Shown piece after piece: positions 24,705-38,300 of a stretch of DNA of 64,000 bases (the stretch's first letter is position 1; every line of letters starts with the position of its first letter). A program made the translations under genes and the position numbers. The DNA comes from Octopus bimaculoides. Lineage: Eukaryota. Location of the stretch: contig NC_068988.1 in the NCBI RefSeq assembly GCF_001194135.2, positions 57,842,088-57,906,087 of the forward strand, read 5' to 3'. Under the pieces are notes generated by a model, which worked only from the letters and a program-made list of their open reading frames with translations, did not search any database and had not been told where the DNA came from.

Positions 24705-27700
24705 TGGGCTTCAATCAGATTCCGTGTATCAAATCCTTGCCCAAAGTGCTGTGGAGTGGAATCAAACTGGAAACCACAAGGTTGCAAAGTAAAACTGTTA
24801 ACTACACAACCATGACTCTATCTTTTCTAAGATAAAAAAAGTACCCTATGAATATTAATCAGTTACAACACATTGTCCCCAAAGCAAATTTGTGGCCTTG
24901 CTTTAATGTCCCTTCCTCTCTCTCTCTCTCTTTCTGTTCATGTGTGTGAGCATCTAGTTATGTCTGAATGAATATGTCTCTCACTCTGTATATTTCTGTG
25001 TATATTTCTGCACGTGTATGTGTGTACATTTGCCCCCAGTACCAAAAAGTACTTCCACCAAAACAGGTTGAATGTCAGCCATGTCAAATCATCAGCATCC
25101 AAATGGCCATGCCCAATCGCCTCATCATCATCATCATCATCACCGTTACACGTTTTGTTTTCCATACTGGCATGGGTTGGATGGTTTGATAGGAGCTGAC
25201 TTGACAGGGAAACTGGCCAGACAGGGAGCTAGCCAGATGGGAAGCTGTCCAGATGGAAAACCGGCCAGACTCCAATTATCTATTTTGGTTTGGTTTCTAT
25301 GGCTGGATGCCCTTCCTAATGTCAACCACTTTACAGTGTAAGTTGGGTGGCTTTTACGTGCCACCGACATGTGTGCATTTATGCATCCTCAGAACAAGCA
25401 CATTTGACATGGTACTGTCACAAAATATTTTTTAAAAGTACTTACTTGGAGTCCTTGTTCTTCAGAGCTTCAACAATACCATACATGAGGTTAGCTGTTG
25501 TACACAATGGATCAAGTTCCAACACTTCTTTCACAGCTTCCTCGAACATGGACAAACTGTAGCCACATGTCAGGTCTTTCTACAGTGGGAAGCAAAAAGG
25601 AAACATGTAAAACATAAAAAGTATTTTAAGGATTGATAATTAAAGCTGTGATGTTAAATTTATAAAGCTTATGGTCAATAACTCCAATAAGATCAGATAT
25701 TTTGGGGACAGCCTTGTGTGTGTGTGTTGGGAAAGTTGAACATGTAATTGTAACAGCTTTGTGATTATAAAGGATTTTCCCACATGTATAAATGAGCTCG
25801 CAGCATTAATGATCTTTTTTTTTTTTTTGGCTTTGCTGTTTAGAAGATATATACACGAATATGTGTTTACTTGAATGCAATAACGCATTTATGAGAATAC
25901 ATTAGTGTGTTTACATGAATAGGTTAGTGTGTCTAATGTGTTTATGCGAATATATATTAGTGCATTCATATGACTACTTTAGTGTGTTTATGTGAATAAC
26001 ATCATCATCATTATCATCATCAACATTTAAGCTTTTAGCATTCAGATAACAATATTTATTCACATTGTTTCAAATTTATCCTGGATTATCTTGTAGCCTT
26101 GACATTTCCACGATGTGATTGTTTATTTTTAGACCGACATTGTAGGGTAGGTGTGAAAAGCTGAAACTGGCTGATTTGAACATAAAACAAGCAGAATATT
26201 TTGGCCGGATATGGCCAGCTTAAATGCTAAAGGGTCAATGTCTGTTTTTCTATGCTAGCATGTATTGGATGGTGATTATGCACTACATTATACACAAGTT
26301 TATTGGTGTATATTAGTGTATATAAGTATATACTAGTGTATTTGGTGTGAATAGAGGAGTGTGTTTTTGTGTGAATTTTTAAAACACTACATAGATAGTG
26401 AGTATATACACATGCTTTTGTATATTGCAGTTAGTCCCAGGTCAGTCCTGATCAGGCTGACCTATGATGAAGAGCTTTTCAGCCATGACCATCCAATCTG
26501 TTTTACTTTGCCAAGCATAGTGTATCGAAGACAACATTATCCAATGTGTAATTCCATTTTTAGTAGGGAGATTTGGCTGCTATTTCTAGTAAACTGAACA
26601 AAAACATAGAAACATTATTGCTTCACTTGTGTTTGCATTCATGAGTACATGTATATGTGCTTGTGCATGTTTGACCATGTGTGTGTTTGACCGTGTGTGT
26701 GTGTGTATTTGTGTGCCTGCACATATGCTGCATGAGTGCAACCTGCTACAATGCAGATGTAACTCAGATATAAGGTGGCGAATTGGCAGAAACGTTAGCA
26801 TGCCAGGCAAAATGCTTAGTGGTATTTCGTCTGCCGCTACATTCTGAGTTCAAATTCCGCCGAGGTTGACTTTGCCTTTCATCCTTTCGAGGTCGATTAA
26901 ATAAGTACCAGTTACATACTGGGGGTCGATATAATCAACTTAATCCGTTTGTCTGCCCTTGTTTGTCCCCTCTGTGTGTATCCCTTTGTGGGCAGTAAAG
27001 AAATAAGATGTAACTCAGATATCAATGTAGATGACAGTAACTAACCATGAGTCGTTTGAAGCTGTACAGAACCAACCTGATCATCGGCAGAAGTCGACCT
27101 TCTCTTGCACTGAAAATATGTACAAAAAAAAAAAGATATAATATGAGAAATCAGAAACTTCTGGTCATCAATCATTGTCATTATGATTGTATTAACTTCT
27201 ATTTCTCCATGCCTGCATGGGTTAGATGCAGTTTGCTGAAGCAGGTCTTCTACAGTCTTACGTTCTTCCTGTCGTCAGCCCTCACTTGTTTCCAAGCAAG
27301 TACTATTTCCTATGGCCAGACATATTTATACAGAATACTGGAAATGAATGACACAGTTTCTATGACAAAGACACTCACAATTATCAGGCAATGTGAAAAC
27401 AAAGACACACAAACACACGCATATATACATGCACGTATATATCATCATCACCACCATCATTTAACATCTACTTCCTATGTTGACATGGGTAGGACAGTTT
27501 GATTGGGGACCAGTGAACTACAGACCTATGTCGAACTCTGATGTCATCTTTAGCAAGATTTCTACAGCTGGATGCCCTTCCTAACACCAACCACTTTACA
27601 GAGAGTACTGGGTGCTTTTCTCATGCCACCAGCACTAACTTGCAAGACAGGAAAGGGCAGAGAAAAATGGAAAAGGGAAAAGTTCCCACTACTAAGAGGG

Positions 27701-28113
27701 AGTATTTTAGAGGAGAAGGTAGAGGTGAGTGGCCAGGTGTTGAAAGGTGAAAGTAGGATAGAGGAATAAGCACAGGAGTCTTGCTGTAGAAGAGATATAG
27801 GTAGAGCTGAAGGAAATGAGAGGTAGGTGGTGATAGGGCATTAGAGCAAACTCTCAAGGAACAAGAAAAAGAGCATAAGAGAGGACATGGACAATGGATA
27901 ATAGGAAGGAATGTGAGTGTATGCTTTTATAAGAGTGTGAGTGGGGAGTAACAGGTGGAGGTAGAGGTTAATGTAGTGAGTGATGAACAAGGGTTGGGGT
28001 GTAGATGATGGGAAATACCAGTATGTGAAGGGGTAAGGTGGAAGATATAGGAGCGTCTCAAGAAGAAGAATAGATCAGAAAGGAGTAGAATGATGTGCAA
28101 GATGTAGAAGCTG

Positions 28114-28149
<36 letters not shown>

Positions 28150-29989
28150 GGGATACACATAAGCATGCATACACACACATGCACATGCATTCGTACATGC
28201 ATGGACACACACCTCTGTGCACGCATACGTTTACACATATGCACACATACATACATATATGTAAAGAGAGAGAGGATAACCATACCTTTCAGACTGTGCT
28301 AAGTTAACACATTGACCTGCAATAAATTCTGCATCTTCAAGGAGTCCTTCTTTAATGCTAACTTCCTCCAAAATCTGGTGAACAAAAAAACAAAAAAGCA
28401 AAAATATATCTGTTGATTTGATTTAAGAAAGGCAGAAACACTGACTCAAACAAAAAAAAGTGTCCCTATACAACAATACTGTGTAATACACAAAAGATTA
28501 TAAGATAACAGATGAAGAAAGCAGAAGAGACGTACCTGCCAAAACGAAAGCAGTCCACCAGCTTGTACAACACCTTCTTTCACAATATCAACATTGCACA
28601 GTTTCACCCCTTCTAATGTACGGATATATGCCAGAGCGTTGAAGTTTTTCTCTTCTTTAAAACNNNNNNNNNNNNNNNNNNNNNNNNNNNNNNNNNNNNN
28701 NNNNNNNNNNNNNNNNNNNNNNNNNNNNNNNNNNNNNNNNNNNNNNNNNNNNNNNNNNNNNNNNNNNNNNNNNNNNNNNNNNNNNNNNNNNNNNNNNNNN
28801 NNNNNNNNNNNNNNNNNNNNNNNNNNNNNNNNNNNNNNNNNNNNNNNNNNNNNNNNNNNNNNNNNNNNNNNNNNNNNNNNNNNNNNNNNNNNNNNNNNNN
28901 NNNNNNNNNNNNNNNNNNNNNNNNNNNNNNNNNNNNNNNNNNNNNNNNNNNNNNNNNNNNNNNNNNNNNNNNNNNNNNNNNNNNNNNNNNNNNNNNNNNN
29001 NNNNNNNNNNNNNNNNNNNNNNNNNNNNNNNNNNNNNNNNNNNNNNNNNNNNNNNNNNNNNNNNNNNNNNNNNNNNNNNNNNNNNNNNNNNNNNNNNNNN
29101 NNNNNNNNNNNNNNNNNNNNNNNNNNNNNNNNNNNNNNNNNNNNNNNNNNNNNNNNNNNNNNNNNNNNNNNNNNNNNNNNNNNNNNNNNNNNNNNNNNNN
29201 NNNNNNNNNNNNNNNNNNNNNNNNNNNNNNNNNNNNNNNNNNNNNNNNNNNNNNNNNNNNNNNNNNNNNNNNNNNNNNNNNNNNNNNNNNNNNNNNNNNN
29301 NNNNNNNNNNNNNNNNNNNNNNNNNNNNNNNNNNNNNNNNNNNNNNNNNNNNNNNNNNNNNNNNNNNNNNNNNNNNNNNNNNNNNNNNNNNNNNNNNNNN
29401 NNNNNNNNNNNNNNNNNNNNNNNNNNNNNNNNNNNNNNNNNNNNNNNNNNNNNNNNNNNNNNNNNNNNNNNNNNNNNNNNNNNNNNNNNNNNNNNNNNNN
29501 NNNNNNNNNNNNNNNNNNNNNNNNNNNNNNNNNNNNNNNNNNNNNNNNNNNNNNNNNNNNNNNNNNNNNNNNNNNNNNNNNNNNGCCCATCTTTCATATT
29601 TGTAGAAATAATGAAAATTACATTTGCTGTTCACAGGAAAAAGATTGCTCAAAATAAATATAGTCAAATATAGCAGCCAAATAACCCACAAATTACATTT
29701 TGCTATCTTAAAGGAAAGATCATATTGGTGTTGAACTACTCATAAGGTGGATCTGAGGCTAAAGCATAATGGGATTATGAGGAAATCCATTTCTCACCTG
29801 ATAACTCTAGCAGTACATGATCCAGAAACATCATCTCAGTGAAATAAAGGTTATCTGGAGCCTTCTCGATGACACATTGTTTGATCAAGGCACCAGCATG
29901 AATTCCTGGGATCAGATTCAACATGCTACTGAGATCGTCTGTAAAGAGATATACACATATAAAAAGAATAACAACTGAAAAGTAAGGCA

Positions 29990-30037
<48 letters not shown>

Positions 30038-33000
30038 GTGTGCAAAAAAGTTCTTGGCTTTAAGGGTATCATGAAAGGCCTGGTTGAAGGCCCAACCTTC
30101 CAAGTTCTTTTACAGGGCATAGAAAAGCAGGACTGCTGCAGTAAGTGTGTGAATCTGGAAGGAGAATATGTTGGATAAGATCATAATTAACTGATTTTCT
30201 TTTACCCAAAGCTAGGAACTTTTCAGCACTCTCTCACGTGTGTGTATGTGTGTGTATGTGTGTGTCTGTGTGTGTGTGCATATACATACATATGTGAGGG
30301 GGTGCAGAAAAGTTCCTGGTCTAAAGGGTATAGCAAAAGGCCTGGTTGGAGACCCAACCTTCTGAGTTCTTTTACAGGGCTTAGAAAAACTGAAGGACTT
30401 CTGCAATAAGTGTGTGAATCTGAGAGGGGAATATGTTGAATAAAATCATAAATAACTGATTCTCCTGTATTTTCTTTCACCCAAAGCCAGGAACTTTTCA
30501 GCAACCCTTCACATATAAATATGATAACACGCTTTCTTGAATAATCATGCACATGCAGATTGTTGTCACAGGTGTGACAAAATGAGTTACATAAAACACA
30601 ATGTTACATACCTGGGTGAACATGGTAAGCCTTCTGTGCTACCGAGAAACCATTTCGATTCCCATTTCTGGCACAATGCAAACCAGCTGCAAGGAGACTC
30701 TGGACCAAGATAGGGGCCACATCCTATAGACAAAGCAAAGTAAAAAATAACATAACTAAAAGGTGCCAGAAACAGAGACATCAAAAGACAGCTAGACAGA
30801 AAAAATGTGTATGTAAGCATGCTTTTTGGATTCTTTTTTTCTTTTTGGCCATTAGTTAATCAGAGAGAAGACAGACTGTGGCCACAACTTTCAAAGAATG
30901 CAATCCCAGATTAGTGAGAATAGCATGGCTGTTATCCCCAGGTTCAATGCTTGCAGGGGTAAAAAATTAAAAGGGATCGAAAAAATATGGGCAGCAGGAG
31001 AAATGTATGTCTGGTATGAAGAATGTTTTTAAGGCATTCAGCACTACTAAAGATATACAAGGACCTGGTGGTGGGTATTGGTGAGTAATGGTGGTGGTCC
31101 CTGATGCTATGGTGCTGATGGTGGTGTGCTGGTGTTGATGGTAGTAAGGAGAGTGGTTGTGGTGGTGCTGATAGTAGTAGTGTCAGTGGTGTGTGGTAGA
31201 GGTAGTGTTGTTGGTGGTATTGGTAGTAGTTGTGGTGGTAGTAATGGTAGTGGTGGTGATGGTAAGGTGGCAGCAGTGAAAAGGTGGTGGTGGTTGTGGT
31301 AAGATGATGGTGGTGATAAGGTGGTGGTGGGAGTAGTAATGATGGTGGTGGTGGGGGTGGTAGTAATGTGGTGGTGTAATTGGTGTGTTGGTGTTGAGGT
31401 GAGTGAGGGCCATTAATGAGTGAGTATGTGTTTGTGTAAAAGGGCAGCACACAGTAATTCATTGAGTGGAAGGCCTTGAATCAATGCACATGTTCTCCTT
31501 GAAGCCCCCTGGAACTTTTTGCCATCTGACATGTGGAGTTTTCATTCGGCGGCACTTGGCACAAGCAAGCTTTTGCAAAGTCTCCCTACAAAAATCTAAG
31601 CATTCTGATGGTACTTACCTTATTCAAACTCTCATCAAGTTGCTGTGCGTACAACACACAAGTGGATGCCATCTGAGTGTCTTCCGGTGCAAACCACATG
31701 ATGGCTTTGGCTAATAATATCCACAATGATGCCTTCCATGGATATTTCTGTATAGTTCTCCGGATGTAGTTGCAACCAGCCTTTACCTCATCCTGCAATA
31801 CAATTGGTGAACCATAATTACAAATCGAAAGTGGCATTCATTAACAGTAACAGGTGAGCTCTAAATGAGCAGACCAAAGTCTATATATATATATATATAT
31901 ATTTTATGTATATATTAATATTATCTTGGTTGAAAAAACTTTGATAATGTAAAGATGTTAATAGTTACCAGGGCAGCAAAAACCATACAAAAACTGGGAT
32001 ATCATACTCGGTTAATGGGTAGAAATTCCATGTTAAAGTGATGTATTTTGAGAAGATATGAAGAATAATGATAAATGGAGCAAAACGTGTATGATCAATA
32101 AGTTCCTTTAATTCCTACATATGTTTCAAAATATATGTGCACTCTACTCCAAAGAAGTAAGAGATGCTGGAAATGCACAGAAATTCATCGTCAGGGAATG
32201 CATTTAGCGCATGTCTTGCTTTTGTATGTTGGAATTAAAGGAACTTATTGATCATATGCGTTTTGCTCCATTTATCATTATTCTTTATATATATATATAT
32301 ATNNNNNNNNNNNNNNNNNNNNNNNNNNNNNNNNNNNNNNNNNNNNNNNNNNNNNNNNNNNNNNNNNNNNNNNNNNNNNNNNNNNNNNNNNNNNNNNNNN
32401 NNNNNNNNNNNNNNNNNNNNNNNNNNNNNNNNNNNNNNNNNNNNNNNNNNNNNNNNNNNNNNNNNNNNNNNNNNNNNNNNNNNNNNNNNNNNNNNNNNNN
32501 NNNNNNNNNNNNNNNNNNNNNNNNNNNNNNNNNNNNNNNNNNNNNNNNNNNNNNNNNNNNNNNNNNNNNNNNNNNNNNNNNNNNNNNNNNNNNNNNNNNN
32601 NNNNNNNNNNNNNNNNNNNNNNNNNNNNNNNNNNNNNNNNNNNNNNNNNNNNNNNNNNNNNNNNNNNNNNNNNNNNNNNNNNNNNNNNNNNNNNNNNNNN
32701 NNNNNNNNNNNNNNNNNNNNNNNNNNNNNNNNNNNNNNNNNNNNNNNNNNNNNNNNNNNNNNNNNNNNNNNNNNNNNNNNNNNNNNNNNNNNNNNNNNNN
32801 NNNNNNNNNNNNNNNNNNNNNNNNNNNNNNNNNNNNNNNNNNNNNNNNNNNNNNNNNNNNNNNNNNNNNNNNNNNNNNNNNNNNNNNNNNNNNNNNNNNN
32901 NNNNNNNNNNNNNNNNNNNNNNNNNNNNNNNNNNNNNNNNNNNNNNNNNNNNNNNNNNNNNNNNNNNNNNNNNNNNNNNNNNNNNNNNNNNNNNNNNNNN

Positions 33001-35272
33001 NNNNNNNNNNNNNNNTAATATGTGCCAATGGCACAAGTTTACCTTAGCAAAGAATTCAGCAGCACAGAGCCATGTGATGTCCGCTAAGTGGTCTCCTTTA
33101 GGATCTTCGATCTTCGTCAGTTCCTGGACCACAGCTGATGCCAAAACATGATCAGCTCGTATTAAAGCAATAGCACAAAGAGCCTTGAGGCCTTCCACCG
33201 AGGGCACAGACATTTGAGAACTGGAATAAAGGGACGATTGAAGGTTCATTATTTGAGAAATTCACAAAGAAATTTGGATTTTATTCTTTTACTTGTTTCA
33301 GTCATTTGACTGCGGCCATGCTGGAGCACCGCCTTCAGTCGAACAAATCAACCCTGATACTTATTCTTTGTAAGCCTAGTACTTATTCTAGCAGTCTCTT
33401 TTTGCCGAACCGCTAAGTTACATAGACGTACAAACACCAACATCAGTTATCAAGTGATGGTGGAGGGACAAACAAAGGGGTGCTGAAAAGTTCCTGGCTT
33501 TCGATAAAAGAAAATACAGGAGGATCAGTTAATTATGATTTTATTTAACATATTCCCCTTGCAGATTCACACACTTATTGTAGTGGTCCTTCAATTTTTC
33601 TAAGTCCTGTAAAAGAACTCAGAAGGCCGGGCCTCCATCGAGGCATTTCATGATACACTTAAAGCCAGGAACTTTTCAGCACTCGCACATCATAGTATCT
33701 GAAAGCCAATATCTGTGGATGGACTTTACAAAAGCAACTCCAAGATTAACATCCAAATGGAATTAATACAAGCAAAAAGTATTCATAAAAATTAATACAC
33801 ACCCTGTCATTAGTAGTTTGACAGCTTCTTTAATTTTACCCATGTTTAATAAGGCAATTGCTTGAGCAGTCATCACTTGGGAATCAAACTCTTCGGTCAT
33901 CTGCAGGGCTTTACTATACTCTGAAGAGAGAAAGATATATATATTCGCCATGCTGGACCAATGAAATATACAAGCTTTTTTTCATTCTCTGTTTATTTTC
34001 TCTCATTCCTTTCTGTTGAAGAGCATAGGCTTGAAACATAAAACACATTTTTCCCAAGCATCAAACTAATACACTTGCTTGTTGTTCACACACCTGTCTT
34101 CATCTTTAGCTTACCTATAAGTTTCAACTATATATATATATATATATATNNNNNNNNNNNNNNNNNNNNNNNNNNNNNNNNNNNNNNNNNNNNNNNNNNN
34201 NNNNNNNNNNNNNNNNNNNNNNNNNNNNNNNNNNNNNNNNNNNNNNNNNNNNNNNNNNNNNNNNNNNNNNNNNNNNNNNNNNNNNNNNNNNNNNNNNNNN
34301 NNNNNNNNNNNNNNNNNNNNNNNNNNNNNNNNNNNNNNNNNNNNNNNNNNNNNNNNNNNNNNNNNNNNNNNNNNNNNNNNNNNNNNNNNNNNNNNNNNNN
34401 NNNNNNNNNNNACAAGAATGTTGTTGACAGTAACTTCAAAGTTTTGCCCAGTCTGATGACGGCTTAGCTGGCCAAAACTACGAAGTCACTGTCAACAACA
34501 TTCTTGTCAAGAATAATAGATTTGTACTATGCAAAAATATAGAACAACCCATCAAAATTGTTTTTATTATAAATGAACATGAAAACAGGGATTCCTTAAC
34601 AACAATGGAGCTTTTGTATGATTAAGGTATGTTCAGACTGATGTGTAGCTAGCAGAGTACCCCTTGTTGTGTAATTATTGCATCAGAAGATCTGATAGCT
34701 AGGAAATATATGTAGTCTGAATTTTACCTGCTCCACTCCCTCAATTTGGATGGATGGATGGATAGAGGGATAGATAGATAGACAGATACAAATGCATGCG
34801 CGCGCGCACACACACATTTATGTTAGACAAAAGACAGGAGTGCTCAATACATGTTGTAGAGGATAGCAGGGGAAGGTTCTATTTTAATTGAAACTCACAA
34901 CTTGAGTTTCATGCCACTGCAATCTTCAAACAAGAACAGTACTCGCTTGAAGATTGCAGTAGCATTAAACCTGAGTCAGAAGACAAACTCTCAGTTTTTA
35001 TTTTCAATAAAATGAGAAAACATGAGAGAGAGAGAGAGAGAGAGTGTGTGTGTGTGTGTGTATGTACACATATAATATGTATACAGAGAGAAAGTGAAAG
35101 CAAAGACATTAAACCTGTAAAAGACATAAACCCTCACCAGCAATCACTACCCAAACAGACCCTTGAGTTGGAAGACTGTCACCAGAGTGGGGCAAAGGTG
35201 TCATCTACCAGGAATAGAAGGGAATCACCAACAAATGGTGGATGCAATGACACACTGTTACAGTGCATTCCC

Positions 35273-35303
<31 letters not shown>

Positions 35304-38300
35304 ACACACACTGTAGACTCAATAAATAAAGGTTGACTTTTCAAACAACGTATGTTTTAGGAATCATTTTAATGTAATATTTACCTTGATAGCTCTCATA
35401 AAACTGGCCTGCCTTAAACAAAGTCAAAGCAAGTCCACAAGTACCACCGAAATCCAAATTGCTTCCAATAATTTTGTACTGGTCTAGAGCACCTTTAAAA
35501 TCACCCAGAGTGCTGATCAGAAGGATAGAAATAAATAAAAGAAATAAAAATAGAAAAACTCATCATAAACATCATCCTTAAATGAAAAACGATGGAATTC
35601 TGGTTTAAACATCCCATATAACCTCTTGTAACTTTTTTTTTAATTTTTGGGAATATTCAGAAAATTTTTGCAAATTAGTGTTCTACACATGGAAATTCAT
35701 ATGATTATGCATAAAAAAATTTTTTTAGTCTGTGATTTAAGAGTGATTTTGCTGTTATTTTTAGCACACCCCACGACCTTCCTTGCTTTTGTAACTCAGG
35801 CATGTAATGTTTTTGAATCCCCATAAACACATTTAATGGAATCATAATGCACCTAAGGGTGGTCCATTGCTGGGATTTAAGCAAAAATTTTGGACTGTCT
35901 GTATTTTAAACTTCGATTTATAAAAAAAAGTTCAAAAGAGCAGAAATTTTAGGAGAAACGCATTAAAAATTTTTTTTTTTATCATAATCGTATGAATTCC
36001 TGTGTGTACAACATGAATTCACAAAAATTTTCTGAAAATTCTAAAAAATAAAAAAGTTACAAGAAGTTATATGAAGTGCTTAAACCAGAATTCTGCCAAA
36101 AAAAAAGAAACCACCAAAGTGAAAGACTTAATGGTGTATTTTGAATGCCAATGCAGCTATGGATATCATCTCATAATACAGAGGGTTAAAAATCCCTTGG
36201 ACGGAAAAAAAGTGGAAAGCTGTCTGCAGACTCAAATCCTCAAACCACCCATCTGTTGTTTTCCAGAGAGTTGAGATTCCATTACCCTAAATTAGTTTTT
36301 TTGACTTTTGTCCATCCGAATTAGACACTTTAATCTTACAGTGAGAAAGCAAAGTTTCTTTACATTTAGAACATAAATGCAATTTGTGGTGGTCTGTGAC
36401 ATGAAGCATCTAAAAACAATTTGAGTTGAAAAAAACAGAACAATGAAAGAATTATATGCTGCAATCGACAGACAGATTTGTCCAATCTTGTGCCAAAGAA
36501 ATTAGAAATTATTACAATTACTCACCTAAGTATTCGAGCCAGATTACACTGGACCTTTAACTGGAACTCAGAATTTTCATTTTTTTCTTTCTCCAGCAAA
36601 TCAATAGCCCTGGATAGGGAACAGATATCAAATATACAGGCTGTTCATAAATTAACTTTCATGATATAAAAGACACAGACTGTTCATAAATTACCTTTAC
36701 AACTTTCGCGGTATCAAATATACAAGCTGTTCATAAATTACCTTTACAACTTTTGCAGTATCAAATATACAGATTGTTCATAAATACCTTTACAACTTTT
36801 GCAGTATCAAATATACAGATTGTTCATAAATTACCTTTACAACTTTCGCAGTATAAAAGATCCAGGCTGTTCATAAATTACTTTTACAACTTTTGCGGTA
36901 TCAAATATACAGGCATAAATTATCTTTACAACTTTCGCGATATAAAAGATTACAGGCTGCTCATAAATTATCTTAACAACTGTTACAGTTTATTGTATTT
37001 ATTAAAGTGGAGACCCATCAATCAACTTTTTTGTAACCTCTGGAGCCCACATAGAAGTGTTCTGATGTTTCTAATTGATTGTTCTGATGCACACCTTTGA
37101 TTACAGGCCTGTTTGACCCAAGGTTAGCAGGGGGGGGGCTTATACAACAACAACAACATAAGCAACAAGAAAGTGCTAAATGGAATAGTATGGAAAAAGA
37201 ATTACTTAGAAAATGCCTTTTCTGCCATAGAATGTAATCCGTGCCGTTCCAGTAGGAGACCATACATGTTGAAGGCAACAGCACTGTCTTGGATACGTTC
37301 TGAAATAAAGATGAGAATTGAAAGAAATATCCTTAAATATCAAGTTCCGGTAGGAGTATTAACCCTTTCGTTACCAACCCAGCTGAAACATGCTCACATA
37401 CATGCATTCAAGCATAAGCACATAGACTAAAATACACAAACATGCACACATTTAGTTCCACAAACACATTGTCACTTAAACACAAAATTTTAGTTCAATA
37501 CATACACACACACACACACATATGTTCATTTAAACACACACACACACACATCTTTTTTACATACTCACATAACCTTGTCTAGTTGTAAAAACATTTCTTC
37601 ACACATGAAACAAAAACACACACACACTCACAAACACACACAAATACACATAAGCTCGTTTAAACACACATACACACACACACAGCTTTTTTACATACAC
37701 AACCTTGTCTAGTAAAAACTTTTATTCACATGAAACAAAAACACACACACATACCAGTCTCCTAGACACAAACACATATACATACCTGTGTATTTTGAAA
37801 GAGCATCACAGGCAGCAGGTACAACAGACATGCGCTCAATATTATAGCGGTAGAGTGAAGTGTCATGTTTGGTCTCATCTAGTAACATGGAACAAACCCA
37901 ATGGCCATATCCAATAAGAGATTCCACCTACATTCAAAGACAACAAAATATTTTTTTAAAATCATTTAAATAACTGAAATTATCAATTTTCAAAAAATAA
38001 TGATTTATTAGTCTTTTTTCACATCACTTAAAGCAGGTGTTCTCAACCATCTTTTATCTATGAACCCCTTTGATTACTATTTTATTCTGGTAGGATCCCA
38101 CTGCCATTCCCTTGTGTAGTTTGAACTCTGTAAAATGTTAGAGAAAGAAACCAAGCTATTTCTCACAATACATACCAATCCATGCATTTAAAGCAAAATT
38201 GTTTTTTCTGGGGCCCTTTAAATACTATTGTGGATCCCCAATTTACTAATTTGTTATGTGGACCCCAAAAAATCTTATATGGATCCTCAGGGACCGTATG

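Noticed and set aside
31440-31586. Open frame [27 protein letters not shown] after a ttttgtag acceptor
   Set aside because: Would need a 33-nt intron, is out of phase with the upstream exon, and the phase-0 frame hits a stop; the true next exon is at 30723.
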